Below are positions 36,097 to 44,849 of a stretch of DNA of 64,000 nucleotides, piece by piece. Where the stretch lies: assembly GCA_022530585.1 (NCBI GenBank), contig CP092821.1:1025509-1089508 (forward strand), read 5' to 3'. Position 1 is the stretch's first letter. Each line of letters opens with the position of its first letter. The stretch is from Candidatus Nealsonbacteria bacterium DGGOD1a. GTDB lineage: Bacteria; Patescibacteriota; Minisyncoccia; Minisyncoccales; UBA5738. Both the position numbers and the translations under genes were made by a program. The notes below the pieces were generated by a model, which was given only the letters and a program-made list of their open reading frames with translations, was not told the DNA's origin and ran no database searches.

Positions 36097-36228
36097 AGTT
36101 TTAATTAAAAATGTAAATATCAAAAATCAAAATTATGAGGATTCCAAAGGAAACATCCTTTGGTTGATGGCGGGGTTAATACCCCGGCATCAATGTATTT
36201 TTTTATTTTTGATTTTTCAATTTTAAAT
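36097..36228 (-). repeat. Family-A upstream module variant (upstream of fabG)
   Basis: The conserved ends are TTAAAATTGAAAAATCAAAA and GATTTTTGATATTTACATTTTTAAT. The centre is replaced by hairpins TTGATGCCGGGG..CCCCGCCATCAA and CCAAAGGATG..CCTTTGG. Confidence 0.6.
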
Positions 36229-37257
36229 TTAAAAGATTTCCGCTTGATATTGCACCTCCTTCACGCTTCTCCCCGCCACCGGTATGCCGGCGGCGGGAAT
36301 GTCTTTTATTATTTCCGGTATTTTAAACGACTGCGCCGCCTCGTTGAAAACCCGGTCCAGATTCCGGCCGGATTTGGCAGCCAAAACCAACCCCATAAAA
36401 GTGGTCAGTTTGTTCGACCGCTGGACATATTCGGCCTCGCCAATCGTGATGATATTTTTCAACACCGGTTCCAGGTTCGCGGCAATCTCCGCGTCCGAAG
36501 ACAAATATTTTTGGCCCAGATAATTTTCTTTTTTCAAAATTTTGAAAAGGTTTTCCGCGGCGCTTGCCCGCCCGATCTTTTCCATCGCCAGGTTAATCAC
36601 CAAGTCCGCATCCAAAACCGGCTTGGCGATTTCAAAGTTGCCGGATTTGACGAATTCGGCCGCGGCCAGATCAAGCGCGCTCACTTTCAATTTGGCTCCG
36701 GCATCGATCAAACCTGATTTTTGCGCGATCGCGACCACCGGCACTTCGTCAAAGCTTTGCCCGGCCACGATAATGTTTTCCGGCTCAACTCCGCGATCGA
36801 TAAGCATTCGCAAAACCGCGTTCAAAAATTCCGGGGATGTGTTGTCGCGAAAATAACCGTGGCTCGGCTTGGCCAATGTGGGCAGAACCACGATTTTTGA
36901 ACCTTTGCCGACATTGATGCCTCCGGCCAATTCCAGAACTTTCTCGATCCCTTCCCGAATATCGTATTTCACGCGCCATATCGCCACGGCGCCGGCATTC
37001 GGTTCGAATTTCAGTTCATCGCCGGTTTGGTATTCGATTTCCGATTTGTGGCCCCATGTGTTGCCCGCTTCGTCTCGCAAGAGTAAAATATAATACGGCA
37101 CATTGGGATGCAAAAGCGTCGGAATCGCCACTTTGATCGAACCAACCACCCGCGCGTTCCCGTTTTTCATTTTCTCCGGCGGCGCGAAACAGTAAGGACA
37201 CTCCGCCAAAGGATATTCCCACCGCCGCTTGCATTGTAAGCATTGATAAAAAGCCAT
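36229..37257 (-). CDS. DUF35 (Zn-ribbon + OB fold) fused to DUF362-like domain
   Basis: N-terminus: CLQCKRRWEYPLAECPYC then VVGSIKV..PYYILLLRDEAGN (DUF35 pattern). C-terminus: KIVVLPTLAKPSHGYFRDNTSPEFLNAVLRMLIDRG (DUF362-like). Confidence 0.55.
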   Translation of the reverse strand: MAFYQCLQCKRRWEYPLAECPYCFAPPEKMKNGNARVVGSIKVAIPTLLHPNVPYYILLLRDEAGNTWGHKSEIEYQTGDELKFEPNAGAVAIWRVKYDIREGIEKVLELAGGINVGKGSKIVVLPTLAKPSHGYFRDNTSPEFLNAVLRMLIDRGVEPENIIVAGQSFDEVPVVAIAQKSGLIDAGAKLKVSALDLAAAEFVKSGNFEIAKPVLDADLVINLAMEKIGRASAAENLFKILKKENYLGQKYLSSDAEIAANLEPVLKNIITIGEAEYVQRSNKLTTFMGLVLAAKSGRNLDRVFNEAAQSFKIPEIIKDIPAAGIPVAGRSVKEVQYQAEIF

Positions 37258-37283
37258 AAGTGTTTTATCGTTAGTATGTTTAA

Positions 37284-37394
37284 CTACCTTGAATTACGAA
37301 ACGCTTTGCATTTTGGGGTCGTTCCCCTGTGTAATCGCAGGGGTGCGACCCCTTCAATAGCATTTGGATTTAATAGTTTTGTAATTCAAGGTAA
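37284..37394. repeat. Family-B nested palindromic element
   Basis: Arms ACCTTGAATTACGAAAC / GTTTTGTAATTCAAGGT. Nearly identical core to 14316-14434. Confidence 0.8.
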
Positions 37395-37424
37395 TTATAG
37401 ATTTTAATTCTGCAACTTTTAATT

Positions 37425-37565
37425 TAAAATGTAAATATCAAAAATCAGTTTGGCGGGCAGTTTTACTAAACTGATAATGACAATGTAAAATTTAAAAATG
37501 TCTGATTATAGATATTTTAACATTTTAATCTGTCATTTTCCATTTTGATTTTTCAATTTTAATTT
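37425..37565 (-). repeat. Family-A upstream module copy
   Basis: About 80 percent identical by eye to 32269-32412, in the same orientation. Confidence 0.7.
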
Positions 37566-38084
37566 TTGATGAGAACCTATTTTTTACCGGAAAAATCGCG
37601 GACGAAAATGCAAAAAGTCTGGGGCAAGCCGCTGTTCGGAACCGAAGAAGAAATCAAAGCCCGCTATCAAAAGATATTGGACAAAAATAAATACAAGACC
37701 GTGATCACCGTGGGCGATTACTGTTCGCATCATTTGCCATCCGATATCAAAATTTTCGACAAAAAAGTCCGGCGCAAAGCATTCGCTCAAAAACACGAAT
37801 GCTCCCTGAATGTTAAAAATCCCGCCGGCACCATCCAAAAAGAAAGCTGGGATGCCATTCGGCAAGCAATTAAAAAAAGAGTCAATGTTTGTGTTGACGG
37901 CGAAGAAGATTTGCTGGTGATCCCGGCGGTGATTTTGGCCAAACCCAAAACTTTGGTCGTCTACGGCTACCCCAACAAAGGTATTTGCCTTTTGGAAGCC
38001 AACCTGAAAAACAAAACTATCTTCCGCCTTATCCTAAAAAAATATTTTGCCACTGAATCCAAGCGAGGGTCTATCCCCCGTTAA
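37566..38084 (+). CDS. DUF359-type (archaeal GTP-dependent) dephospho-CoA kinase-like protein
   Basis: VITVGDYCSHHL, IKIFDKKVRRK, VCVDGEEDLLVIPAVILA and VVYGYPNKGICLL match the DUF359/COG1909 pattern as I recall it. Confidence 0.55.
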   Translation: MMRTYFLPEKSRTKMQKVWGKPLFGTEEEIKARYQKILDKNKYKTVITVGDYCSHHLPSDIKIFDKKVRRKAFAQKHECSLNVKNPAGTIQKESWDAIRQAIKKRVNVCVDGEEDLLVIPAVILAKPKTLVVYGYPNKGICLLEANLKNKTIFRLILKKYFATESKRGSIPR

Positions 38085-38350
38085 CGCGGGGGTTAGTCCC
38101 TCGCACCCATTAGCGCGATGGTAAATTTAATTTTCGTCAACATTGACCCCAACATTAAAATTTGATAAACAATCATAATATGTTCATTCACAACTGAACA
38201 AATTAACAATATTAACCTCTGGTAAGTGATAAGTTATGGCGCCAAGAATCTTTGAAAAAGGATTTTTCGCGCCATAACTTACGGAGATGCCTTCATTTCC
38301 GCAAAATGGTGAATGTATCGCCGAACTGAACAATACCAATGGAGGTGTAA

Positions 38351-38803
38351 ATGAGCCTTCTACTTATGGTGGCGGCGGTCGCATTGGCTCTTCTCTTGAG
38401 CCTCAACAACAAGGACGCTATCGTTGCCGTTGCACCGCGACCACCCGGATTAGCCGCTCCGCCCAACGCCGGCATGCATAATGGGATGAGGGGCTTAATA
38501 TCTAGAATAAGATATATATCGCTTGAGAGATTATTCTGCAATCTACTGGCTCTGGCCGACTACATGGAGGAATATTTAGGCATCCGCAGATGCACAAATC
38601 GCTTTGATGCCTCTGCCCTGTTGCTCAACCTATCCAGAATCGTATCTCCAAAATTCGCCACCATAAATCTGAGATCCCAAAGCGGCAAACCAATGACAAG
38701 CTCTACCTTTGTCGCCAACGCCGCTACGCGGATCATTTCCTTCGTAGGACAGATTACGAGCCACATGTTGCCGACCGGAGACAAACGGTCGGACTGGGTC
38801 TAG
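38351..38803 (+). CDS. Hypothetical exported/membrane-anchored protein
   Basis: 150-aa ORF with GGAGG 6 nt upstream of the ATG and a hydrophobic N-terminus (LLLMVAAVALALLLSL). Locally higher GC. Confidence 0.45.
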   Translation: MSLLLMVAAVALALLLSLNNKDAIVAVAPRPPGLAAPPNAGMHNGMRGLISRIRYISLERLFCNLLALADYMEEYLGIRRCTNRFDASALLLNLSRIVSPKFATINLRSQSGKPMTSSTFVANAATRIISFVGQITSHMLPTGDKRSDWV

Positions 38804-38949
38804 CCGGCCCGTGAGAAATCATAAGTCAACAAATTTTTTCAAATTTTTTTGGACAATGTTGGCTTTTTCTTTTTTCAAAAAGCACCATGAGATTTATAAC
38901 AAAATTGCGCCGGATAATCCGGCGCAATTTTGTTTTTAATTCCAAAAAA

Positions 38950-39141
38950 TCATTTTTTAATGATAGCAACAATCGCCGATACCGCAAAAATCGCGACGAA
39001 AGTATAGGCAACCTTGATGAGCAAATCCTTTGCCGCGGAATTTTCTATCACATCCCAGATCGCCAGTATCGCGATTGATAATGCCACCGCCAAAAACAAT
39101 GTTAAACAAAACAACGCTACCGCTTTGATGTTTTTTAACAT
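38950..39141 (-). CDS. Small two-helix membrane protein
   Basis: 63 aa from the ATG at 39141 (MLKNIKAVALFCLTLFLAVALSIAILAIW...AIFAVSAIVAIIKK). Confidence 0.4.
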   Translation of the reverse strand: MLKNIKAVALFCLTLFLAVALSIAILAIWDVIENSAAKDLLIKVAYTFVAIFAVSAIVAIIKK

Positions 39142-39189
39142 TTTTTTATTTTTTATTCTCGCGCCAAAAACCAAACCGGCGTAATTCTA

Positions 39190-39368
39190 AACTACTTTGA
39201 ATTACGAAATTGTGTTTTGCATTATTCTCCCTTTGGAAAAGGGAGCACTTTGAGCGAAGCGAAAAGGAGGGATTTGAAGTTTGAATTAAGGAATCCTCCG
39301 GCGCCGCCGTAGCAGGGCCACCTCCTTTTCCAAAGGAGGAATAAATTCGTTTCGTAATTCAAAGAAAC
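39190..39368. repeat. Family-B-armed palindromic element (different core)
   Basis: Arms ACTTTGAATTACGAAA / TTTCGTAATTCAAAG. Core has CTCCCTTTGGAAAAGGGAG and CCTCCTTTTCCAAAGGAGG hairpins. Confidence 0.65.
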
Positions 39369-39384
39369 TAACAAAATTAGATAG

Positions 39385-39804
39385 TCAGAGATTGAAATAT
39401 TTTTCGACAATATTGGCAAATTCGGACAGATCGTTTATGTCTTCAATTATCGCCTTATAAATAATTCCGAAATCAAGATTTTCATAATCGTGAGCCACGA
39501 CATTGCGAAATTTTGCCATTTCAACCAATTTTTTCTCCAATTTTTGCGGAATAACTTTCTCCTCACCCAAAATATAAAAAATTTCTGAATATGTCCCCGG
39601 TTTGCGAAAATCTTTAAACGAAATCACCGCTTCTCCCAAATCGAGCGCCGCCTGGCACGCCAAATACAAATACCTTTCCGCCGAACCGCGCAAAAACACA
39701 TCCGATTTAATTTCTTCAATGGAATATTTTTCATAATTGCCAAGTAATTTTATGTATTTTTTTACCGCACTGATTTTCCTTATGACAGTATTGATATCAA
39801 CCAT
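39385..39804 (-). CDS. hepT: HepT (DUF86 HEPN) toxin
   Basis: 139 aa with the R-x4-H-x-Y motif FRNVVAHDYENL. Confidence 0.75.
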   Translation of the reverse strand: MVDINTVIRKISAVKKYIKLLGNYEKYSIEEIKSDVFLRGSAERYLYLACQAALDLGEAVISFKDFRKPGTYSEIFYILGEEKVIPQKLEKKLVEMAKFRNVVAHDYENLDFGIIYKAIIEDINDLSEFANIVEKYFNL

Positions 39805-39805
39805 A

Positions 39806-40198
39806 TTATTTTGCGAAATTAAACCTTAGAAATGATTCCCTCAAATCAAAGTACTCGCTCATAATTGCCGTTTCCACGGCAACTTTGAAAAATTCCTTTT
39901 GGAAAAGCAATATCCCGTCTTTGATCGCGGCATATTTGAGAAAAGGGCTTTCGGTGTCATTGATCACCGCCACATCAACGGCGTTGGTCTGTAATATGGA
40001 AGTCAATTTGCCAATCAAATATAATTTGATATCAAATCTTTTTTGCGCATCATTTTCATCCAAATAAACCGCGAAATCGTAATCGCTCAACGGTCCCGCG
40101 TCACCGCGCGCTTGCGAACCGAAAATATACAGCAATTTTACTTGCGGATATTCTTGGCACAAGTTTATTATTTTTTCTATAATTTCTTTGGATAACAT
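39806..40198 (-). CDS. mntA: MntA-type nucleotidyltransferase antitoxin
   Basis: 130 aa with LYIFGSQARGDAGPLSDYDFAVYL (GS-x10-DxD). Confidence 0.75.
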   Translation of the reverse strand: MLSKEIIEKIINLCQEYPQVKLLYIFGSQARGDAGPLSDYDFAVYLDENDAQKRFDIKLYLIGKLTSILQTNAVDVAVINDTESPFLKYAAIKDGILLFQKEFFKVAVETAIMSEYFDLRESFLRFNFAK

Positions 40199-40217
40199 AT
40201 TGCTCTATCTCAACATT

Positions 40218-41360
40218 TTACGATTTTTTGAAAATATGCACCGTCACGCTTCCCCCCGCGCCGCCAATGTTGTGCGTCAGGCCGATTTTGGCGTTTTTCA
40301 CTTGGCGTTCGCCGCAATTGCCGCGCAATTGGTTGGTAATTTCGTAAATTTGCGCCAAACCCGTGGCCGAGATCGGATGGCCCTTGGCTTTCAACCCGCC
40401 CGACGGATTGACCGGCATCGCGCCGCCCATATTTATTTTGCCTGAACGAATCAACTCCCCTCCTTTTCCGGGCGCGGCAAATCCCAAATCTTCATAGGAC
40501 AAAAGCTCCACCGAAGTGAACGCGTCGTGAATTTCGGCGACATCAATGTCGTCGGGCGACAAATCCGCCGCCGCGAACGCTTTTTTGGCGGCGATTTGCG
40601 TGGCGGCAAAATGCGTCATATCTTTTCTTTCAAAAGTCAAAATATAGTCCGTCGCGAATCCCGAACCGATAATTTCAATATCGGTTTTATCTTTGGAAAC
40701 GATCGCCGCCGCGCCGCCGTTAACCGACAGTGAACAATCCATCAAGCGCAACGGTTCGGCCACAACCGGGGAATCCTTGATCTTTTCCATGGTTACCGGC
40801 CGCTTATAGTAATACGCCTTAGGATTCAATACCGCGTTCTGGTGATTTTTGAACGCGATCAATTCCAAGTCTTCGTGCAAACCTCCGTATTTTTGGCAGT
40901 ATTGCTGGTAAACCAGCGCGTTTTGCGCCGGAAACAACAACCCCTCGGTTTGCTCAATCACCCGCTCGGCGGCGGACAATATCCAATCAGTGGTCACTTC
41001 GGCGCGGTTATCCACGAGTTTTTCGCCGGTCAACACCAAAATATTTTTAAACTCCTCATCGCGCAACAAGCGCAACGCCGTCCAAAACGCCGCGCCGCCG
41101 CCGCCGCAAACCGACGGCAATTCAATGATCGGCACATTGGTTTTAAACAATCCCGACAGCAAAGAAACCTTGTGCGTCTGGTGTTCCCCGCCCGCGGCGC
41201 TGGAAACCGCGGAAAATGCAATCGCGTCAATGCCGGACATATTCATCTTGGCGTCTTTTAAAGCGTCGATCGCCGCGTCATAAGCAAACGCCCACCAAGG
41301 CTTCTGCGTATAATCAAACCTCGTCATCCCCACCCCCTTGATATAAAATTTTGGATTCAT
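40218..41360 (-). CDS. Thiolase-like condensing enzyme (archaeal/SCP-x type)
   Basis: 380 aa with catalytic Cys context LPSVCGGGGAAF, plus EIHDAFT, GHPISATG and HNIGGAGGS. The start overlaps the hepT stop (ATGA). Confidence 0.8.
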   Translation of the reverse strand: MNPKFYIKGVGMTRFDYTQKPWWAFAYDAAIDALKDAKMNMSGIDAIAFSAVSSAAGGEHQTHKVSLLSGLFKTNVPIIELPSVCGGGGAAFWTALRLLRDEEFKNILVLTGEKLVDNRAEVTTDWILSAAERVIEQTEGLLFPAQNALVYQQYCQKYGGLHEDLELIAFKNHQNAVLNPKAYYYKRPVTMEKIKDSPVVAEPLRLMDCSLSVNGGAAAIVSKDKTDIEIIGSGFATDYILTFERKDMTHFAATQIAAKKAFAAADLSPDDIDVAEIHDAFTSVELLSYEDLGFAAPGKGGELIRSGKINMGGAMPVNPSGGLKAKGHPISATGLAQIYEITNQLRGNCGERQVKNAKIGLTHNIGGAGGSVTVHIFKKS

Positions 41361-41728
41361 AATAATTTTTTCTGTTTTGCTTCTATTTTTTTCAAATCCT
41401 TTAAAATTATCTCTATTTGCTTCTTTAAAACCGGTAAATCATCTTTAATTATATTCCAAACTCTTTCAGCATTGATACCAAAATATTCATGGATCAACCT
41501 ATTTCTTAATCCACAAACATCCCTCCATGGTATCTCTGGATATTTTTTTCTAAACAATGTTGATGTATGGTTTGCCGCTTCACCGATTATTTCCAGTTTT
41601 CTGAAAATCGCGCTTTGCTTTTCGTCATTGTTCCAAAAATCTTTTTTACTGACCCCTTTCGTAAATTGCTCAACACTCTCAATACACTTCATTATGTCGA
41701 AAATGTAATTTTGTTGAGTTCTTTTCAT
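41357..41728 (-). CDS. hepT: HepT (DUF86 HEPN) toxin, second copy
   Basis: 123 aa with GLRNRLIHEYFGI (R-x4-H-x-Y). Confidence 0.75.
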   Translation of the reverse strand: MKRTQQNYIFDIMKCIESVEQFTKGVSKKDFWNNDEKQSAIFRKLEIIGEAANHTSTLFRKKYPEIPWRDVCGLRNRLIHEYFGINAERVWNIIKDDLPVLKKQIEIILKDLKKIEAKQKKLL

Positions 41729-41742
41729 GTCAAATCAAAAAA

Positions 41743-42024
41743 TTAAAAAACTGGTATCTGCTCTTTCATTATTTGATCCTTTAATAAGGGATGCAAACAT
41801 TCATACTCAACCAAATCAACTTTTCTTTTTAATTTTTCCTCGAGCTCGAATTCCAACCGGATAAAACCAAGCAAGCTCATCTTTTCCGGAACTTCCACCA
41901 AAATATCGATGTCGCTGTTTTTCTTTTCTTCCCCTCGCGCGAACGAACCGAAAACCGCGGCTTTTTTGACCCCGTTTCTTTTCAGAATTTCAACAATTTT
42001 TTCCCGAGTTCGCTTGTTTATCAT
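41743..42024 (-). CDS. mntA: MntA-type nucleotidyltransferase antitoxin, second copy
   Basis: 93 aa with AAVFGSFARGEEKKNSDIDILVEV. Confidence 0.75.
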   Translation of the reverse strand: MINKRTREKIVEILKRNGVKKAAVFGSFARGEEKKNSDIDILVEVPEKMSLLGFIRLEFELEEKLKRKVDLVEYECLHPLLKDQIMKEQIPVF

Positions 42025-42148
42025 ATGCCATTATCCTATCCAAAAACCGCCAAATTGGCAAATCAAGCTTTTTATGTTATCGTAAACCCGTTGAAATTCA
42101 ATTTGATAATTGAAAATTGAAAATTGCCCCGCTTCAACGGGGCGTCCC

Positions 42149-42221
42149 GCCCCCGTAGTTTAATGGATAAAATACAAGGTTGCGGACCTTGAGACTACAG
42201 GTTCGATTCCTGTCGGGGGCA
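42149..42221 (+). tRNA. tRNA-Arg(GCG)
   Basis: Hand fold: acceptor GCCCCCG/CGGGGGC, anticodon stem CAAGG/CCTTG, loop TTGCGGA, T-arm ACAGG-TTCGATT-CCTGT, discriminator A. Confidence 0.8.
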
Positions 42222-43716
42222 CAAGAATCAAATTTTCGGGTAAAAGCCCGATTTTTTGTTGCGCGGCGGCTAACGCCGCCCATTCATTTCGGGGCTCCCC
42301 GCTGATTTTTTTGGCGGAAAGCGAGAGGTTCGAGCCGAAGATTTTTTTGGCGGATGATTTTTTGGCGGAAAGATCGGAATTTTCGGCGATTTCCCGCATA
42401 TTTTGAGCGTCTTTTAACCATTGGCGGAGAGGTTCGAGCCAATTATTGCCGCCCTTCTCGATTTCGATGATTTTTTCCTCCAGCGTTCTTTTGGCGGAAA
42501 TAAGCTTGGCTTTTTCTGCGCGGTAGGTTTCCCGCTCGATGTCCTGTTCAAGGTAAGCGTCCAAAAGCCGCTGGATTTTGATTTTCAGATTTTCCAGTTC
42601 CGCCCGCGATTTTTCAATGAAGCTGGCCGAAGATTGGGCCAGCTTCCGCTCGTCTCCGTTTGCCATTGCAAACAGCCGCTTTGCCCAGTTTTCGGACAAA
42701 GCGAATTTTTCAATTTCTTGCGACAGCTGGCGGTCGAGTTCTTCTTCCCTGATAAACGGTTCGGAGCATTTGACGGATTTTCTTTTTCTGGTGCAGCGGT
42801 AATAGACATATTCGTGGGTGTTGCCGTTTTTCTGGTGTTTGGTTTTTCTTTCGGCGGTGATCGCCATTCCGCAAGTGCCGCACCGGATCAAGCCGCAAAA
42901 CGGCCGGGGGTCGTTTTGGGGCTGGCGATGGATATGCGTCCTTTGTTGCAATACTTCCTGCACTTTGTCGAAAAGCTTCTTCGGGATAATCTGCTCGTGT
43001 TTGCCTTCGTGAAGTTCGCCGGAATAGCGGAACAATCCGCAATAGAACGGATTGGAAAGGATAAACGATACCCTCGAAAGGTGGAGAGGTTTCTTGCTTT
43101 TGGCGGTTATGCCGTTTTCGGCGAAAAAGGCGGCAATGTCTTCAAGGCGTTGGTCGCCTTGGGAATACATCTCAAAAGCCTGCCGCACTATCTTTGATCT
43201 TTTCCGGTCAACGACAACCTTTTTTATCCGCACATCGTTTAAATAGCCCAATGGCGCGATGCCCGGATAATCGCCGCGCCGCACTTTTTCACGCTGGCCG
43301 CGCTTGGTATTCGCGCTTAAATCCAAAATGTATTGGTTGGCCATTCCAAACTCTACGCTCATCATCAATACATTATCGGCGGGGAGATAGCCGCGGTCGT
43401 TGGTTTGGATGTGCTGGATGATTCCTCTTTGCAAAAACCAGCTTATCTGCCCGCCGTCAATCGGATTGCGGGCCAGCCGGTCAAGCTTCCAGCAGATTAT
43501 GCCTTGCGCTTCGCCCTTTTCAATCCGCGCCAGCATATCGGAAAATATCGGTCGGCCCGGAACCTTAGCTGATTGTTTTTCAACAAAGGTTTCAACGATA
43601 TGCAGGTTTTCCCGTTTGGCAAAAGCGCGCAACTCGGAAAGCTGCGCGGCGATGGATAAAACCTGCCGGTCTTCGGTATCGGTGGATTTGCGGGCGTATA
43701 GGAAATAATTAAACAT
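42160..43716 (-). CDS. Large serine recombinase
   Basis: 518 aa with an N-terminal resolvase domain (YARKSTDTEDRQVLSIAAQ), a recombinase domain, a Zn-ribbon (CGLIRCGTCG...YYRCTRKRKSVKC) and a coiled coil. The last ~20 codons are antisense to tRNA-Arg. Confidence 0.85.
   Translation of the reverse strand: MFNYFLYARKSTDTEDRQVLSIAAQLSELRAFAKRENLHIVETFVEKQSAKVPGRPIFSDMLARIEKGEAQGIICWKLDRLARNPIDGGQISWFLQRGIIQHIQTNDRGYLPADNVLMMSVEFGMANQYILDLSANTKRGQREKVRRGDYPGIAPLGYLNDVRIKKVVVDRKRSKIVRQAFEMYSQGDQRLEDIAAFFAENGITAKSKKPLHLSRVSFILSNPFYCGLFRYSGELHEGKHEQIIPKKLFDKVQEVLQQRTHIHRQPQNDPRPFCGLIRCGTCGMAITAERKTKHQKNGNTHEYVYYRCTRKRKSVKCSEPFIREEELDRQLSQEIEKFALSENWAKRLFAMANGDERKLAQSSASFIEKSRAELENLKIKIQRLLDAYLEQDIERETYRAEKAKLISAKRTLEEKIIEIEKGGNNWLEPLRQWLKDAQNMREIAENSDLSAKKSSAKKIFGSNLSLSAKKISGEPRNEWAALAAAQQKIGLLPENLILVPPTGIEPVVSRSATLYFIH
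42222..42368. repeat. Inverted repeat IR-1, left copy (recombinase 3-prime end)
   Basis: The reverse complement recurs at 45398-45552. The first ~100 nt next to the tRNA are identical by eye. Confidence 0.8.
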
Positions 43717-43772
43717 GGTGCTATAATTATTGTAATTTATCTGTAATTTATTATATATAAAATTTTATAAGT

Positions 43773-43982
43773 ATGTCAAAAGAATCGTCAATTATTGGAA
43801 AAGCTATCCGAAAATATAGACAAGAAAAGAATATGTCGCAGGAAGCTTTGGCGCGGGCGGCCAATTTATCCCTTCCTACCGTGGTTAAGATTGAATCCGG
43901 GGAAACGCCGAATCCAGGTATCGAAACAGTGAAAAAAATTGCGGACGCACTTAGCGTGCTACTTGATGATTTAATGAAATAA
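43773..43982 (+). CDS. XRE-family HTH regulator
   Basis: 69 aa with IRKYRQEKNMSQEALARAANLSLPTVVKIESG. Confidence 0.85.
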   Translation: MSKESSIIGKAIRKYRQEKNMSQEALARAANLSLPTVVKIESGETPNPGIETVKKIADALSVLLDDLMK

Positions 43983-43986
43983 AATT

Positions 43987-44451
43987 ATGGATAAAAAAAT
44001 AGTCAGAGAAAAATTAAGTTTGCTTAGAGGAACTATTATTTCAGACGCAACTGTGATAGAGAGAGCACTTGGCTGGAAATTAAGAGTATATTTTTTCCCA
44101 AAAACCAATCAACAAGCCGCTGATTTTCTTTATTATATTATAGAAACATCCCACTTCAGTTTTGATAAAAAAATTTCACTTTATGAACAAATTCCATATT
44201 TTAAGAAATTAAAACAATACTCAAAAATAAAAACCTCTTTGAGGTTTGTTCAACAATTAAGAAACGCGTTAGCTCATTGGGATTTAGATGAAAAAATGAG
44301 CAACGAGAATGAAATTATAATTTATAATCCGAACACTTTTAAAAAAATAAAACTAAATGATGAGATAATGGAGAAATTTCAAGAACACGAAAAAATTATT
44401 TTGAAAGCGTTTGGTTGGACGCAAACTTTTAAAGAAAAATATGGAAAATAA
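43987..44451 (+). CDS. HEPN-like (MtlR/Abi-like) protein with R-x4-H motif
   Basis: 154 aa, all-helical by composition. LRFVQQLRNALAHWDLD contains R-N-A-L-A-H. Starts 4 nt after the XRE gene. Confidence 0.5.
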   Translation: MDKKIVREKLSLLRGTIISDATVIERALGWKLRVYFFPKTNQQAADFLYYIIETSHFSFDKKISLYEQIPYFKKLKQYSKIKTSLRFVQQLRNALAHWDLDEKMSNENEIIIYNPNTFKKIKLNDEIMEKFQEHEKIILKAFGWTQTFKEKYGK

Positions 44452-44845
44452 ACAAAAACATCTCGAATTTATACAAGGAATCATTGCCAGAATGGCTGGT
44501 AATTTATTTTTCCTAAGGGGTTGGACGATTACTTTGATAGGTGCATTGCTCGCGTTATTTTCAAAAAACAATAGTCCTGATTATGTTTTTTATTTTCTTA
44601 TAGTTGTTGTCCTTATTTTTTGGATTTTGGATGGATATTTTCTTTCACAAGAAAGATCGTACCGTGATTTATACAATTATGTTAGAAAATTAAAAGAGGA
44701 AGAAATCGATTTTTCAATGGAAATTAGCGAATATCAAAAATACAAGAAAAACACTTTGATTTATTCAATGTTTTCTTCAACTCTTTTAATTTTCTATCTA
44801 CCGCTTGTCGGAGCGGCAATCTATATTTTATTTAAAATAAAGTAA
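44441..44845 (+). CDS. Three-helix membrane protein (possible SLATT-like effector)
   Basis: 134 aa from the ATG at 44441, overlapping the upstream stop by 11 nt. Hydrophobic helices WTITLIGALLALF, YVFYFLIVVVLIFWILDGYFL and LLIFYLPLVGAAIYILF. Confidence 0.55.
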   Translation: MENKQKHLEFIQGIIARMAGNLFFLRGWTITLIGALLALFSKNNSPDYVFYFLIVVVLIFWILDGYFLSQERSYRDLYNYVRKLKEEEIDFSMEISEYQKYKKNTLIYSMFSSTLLIFYLPLVGAAIYILFKIK

Positions 44846-44849
44846 AAAT

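Noticed and set aside
38293-38541. 82-aa minus-strand ORF
   Set aside because: It overlaps the plus-strand 150-aa ORF, which has a GGAGG ribosome-binding site and a signal-like N-terminus. I kept the plus-strand call, though with low confidence.
42421-43197. 258-aa plus-strand ORF
   Set aside because: It is antisense to the large serine recombinase gene.
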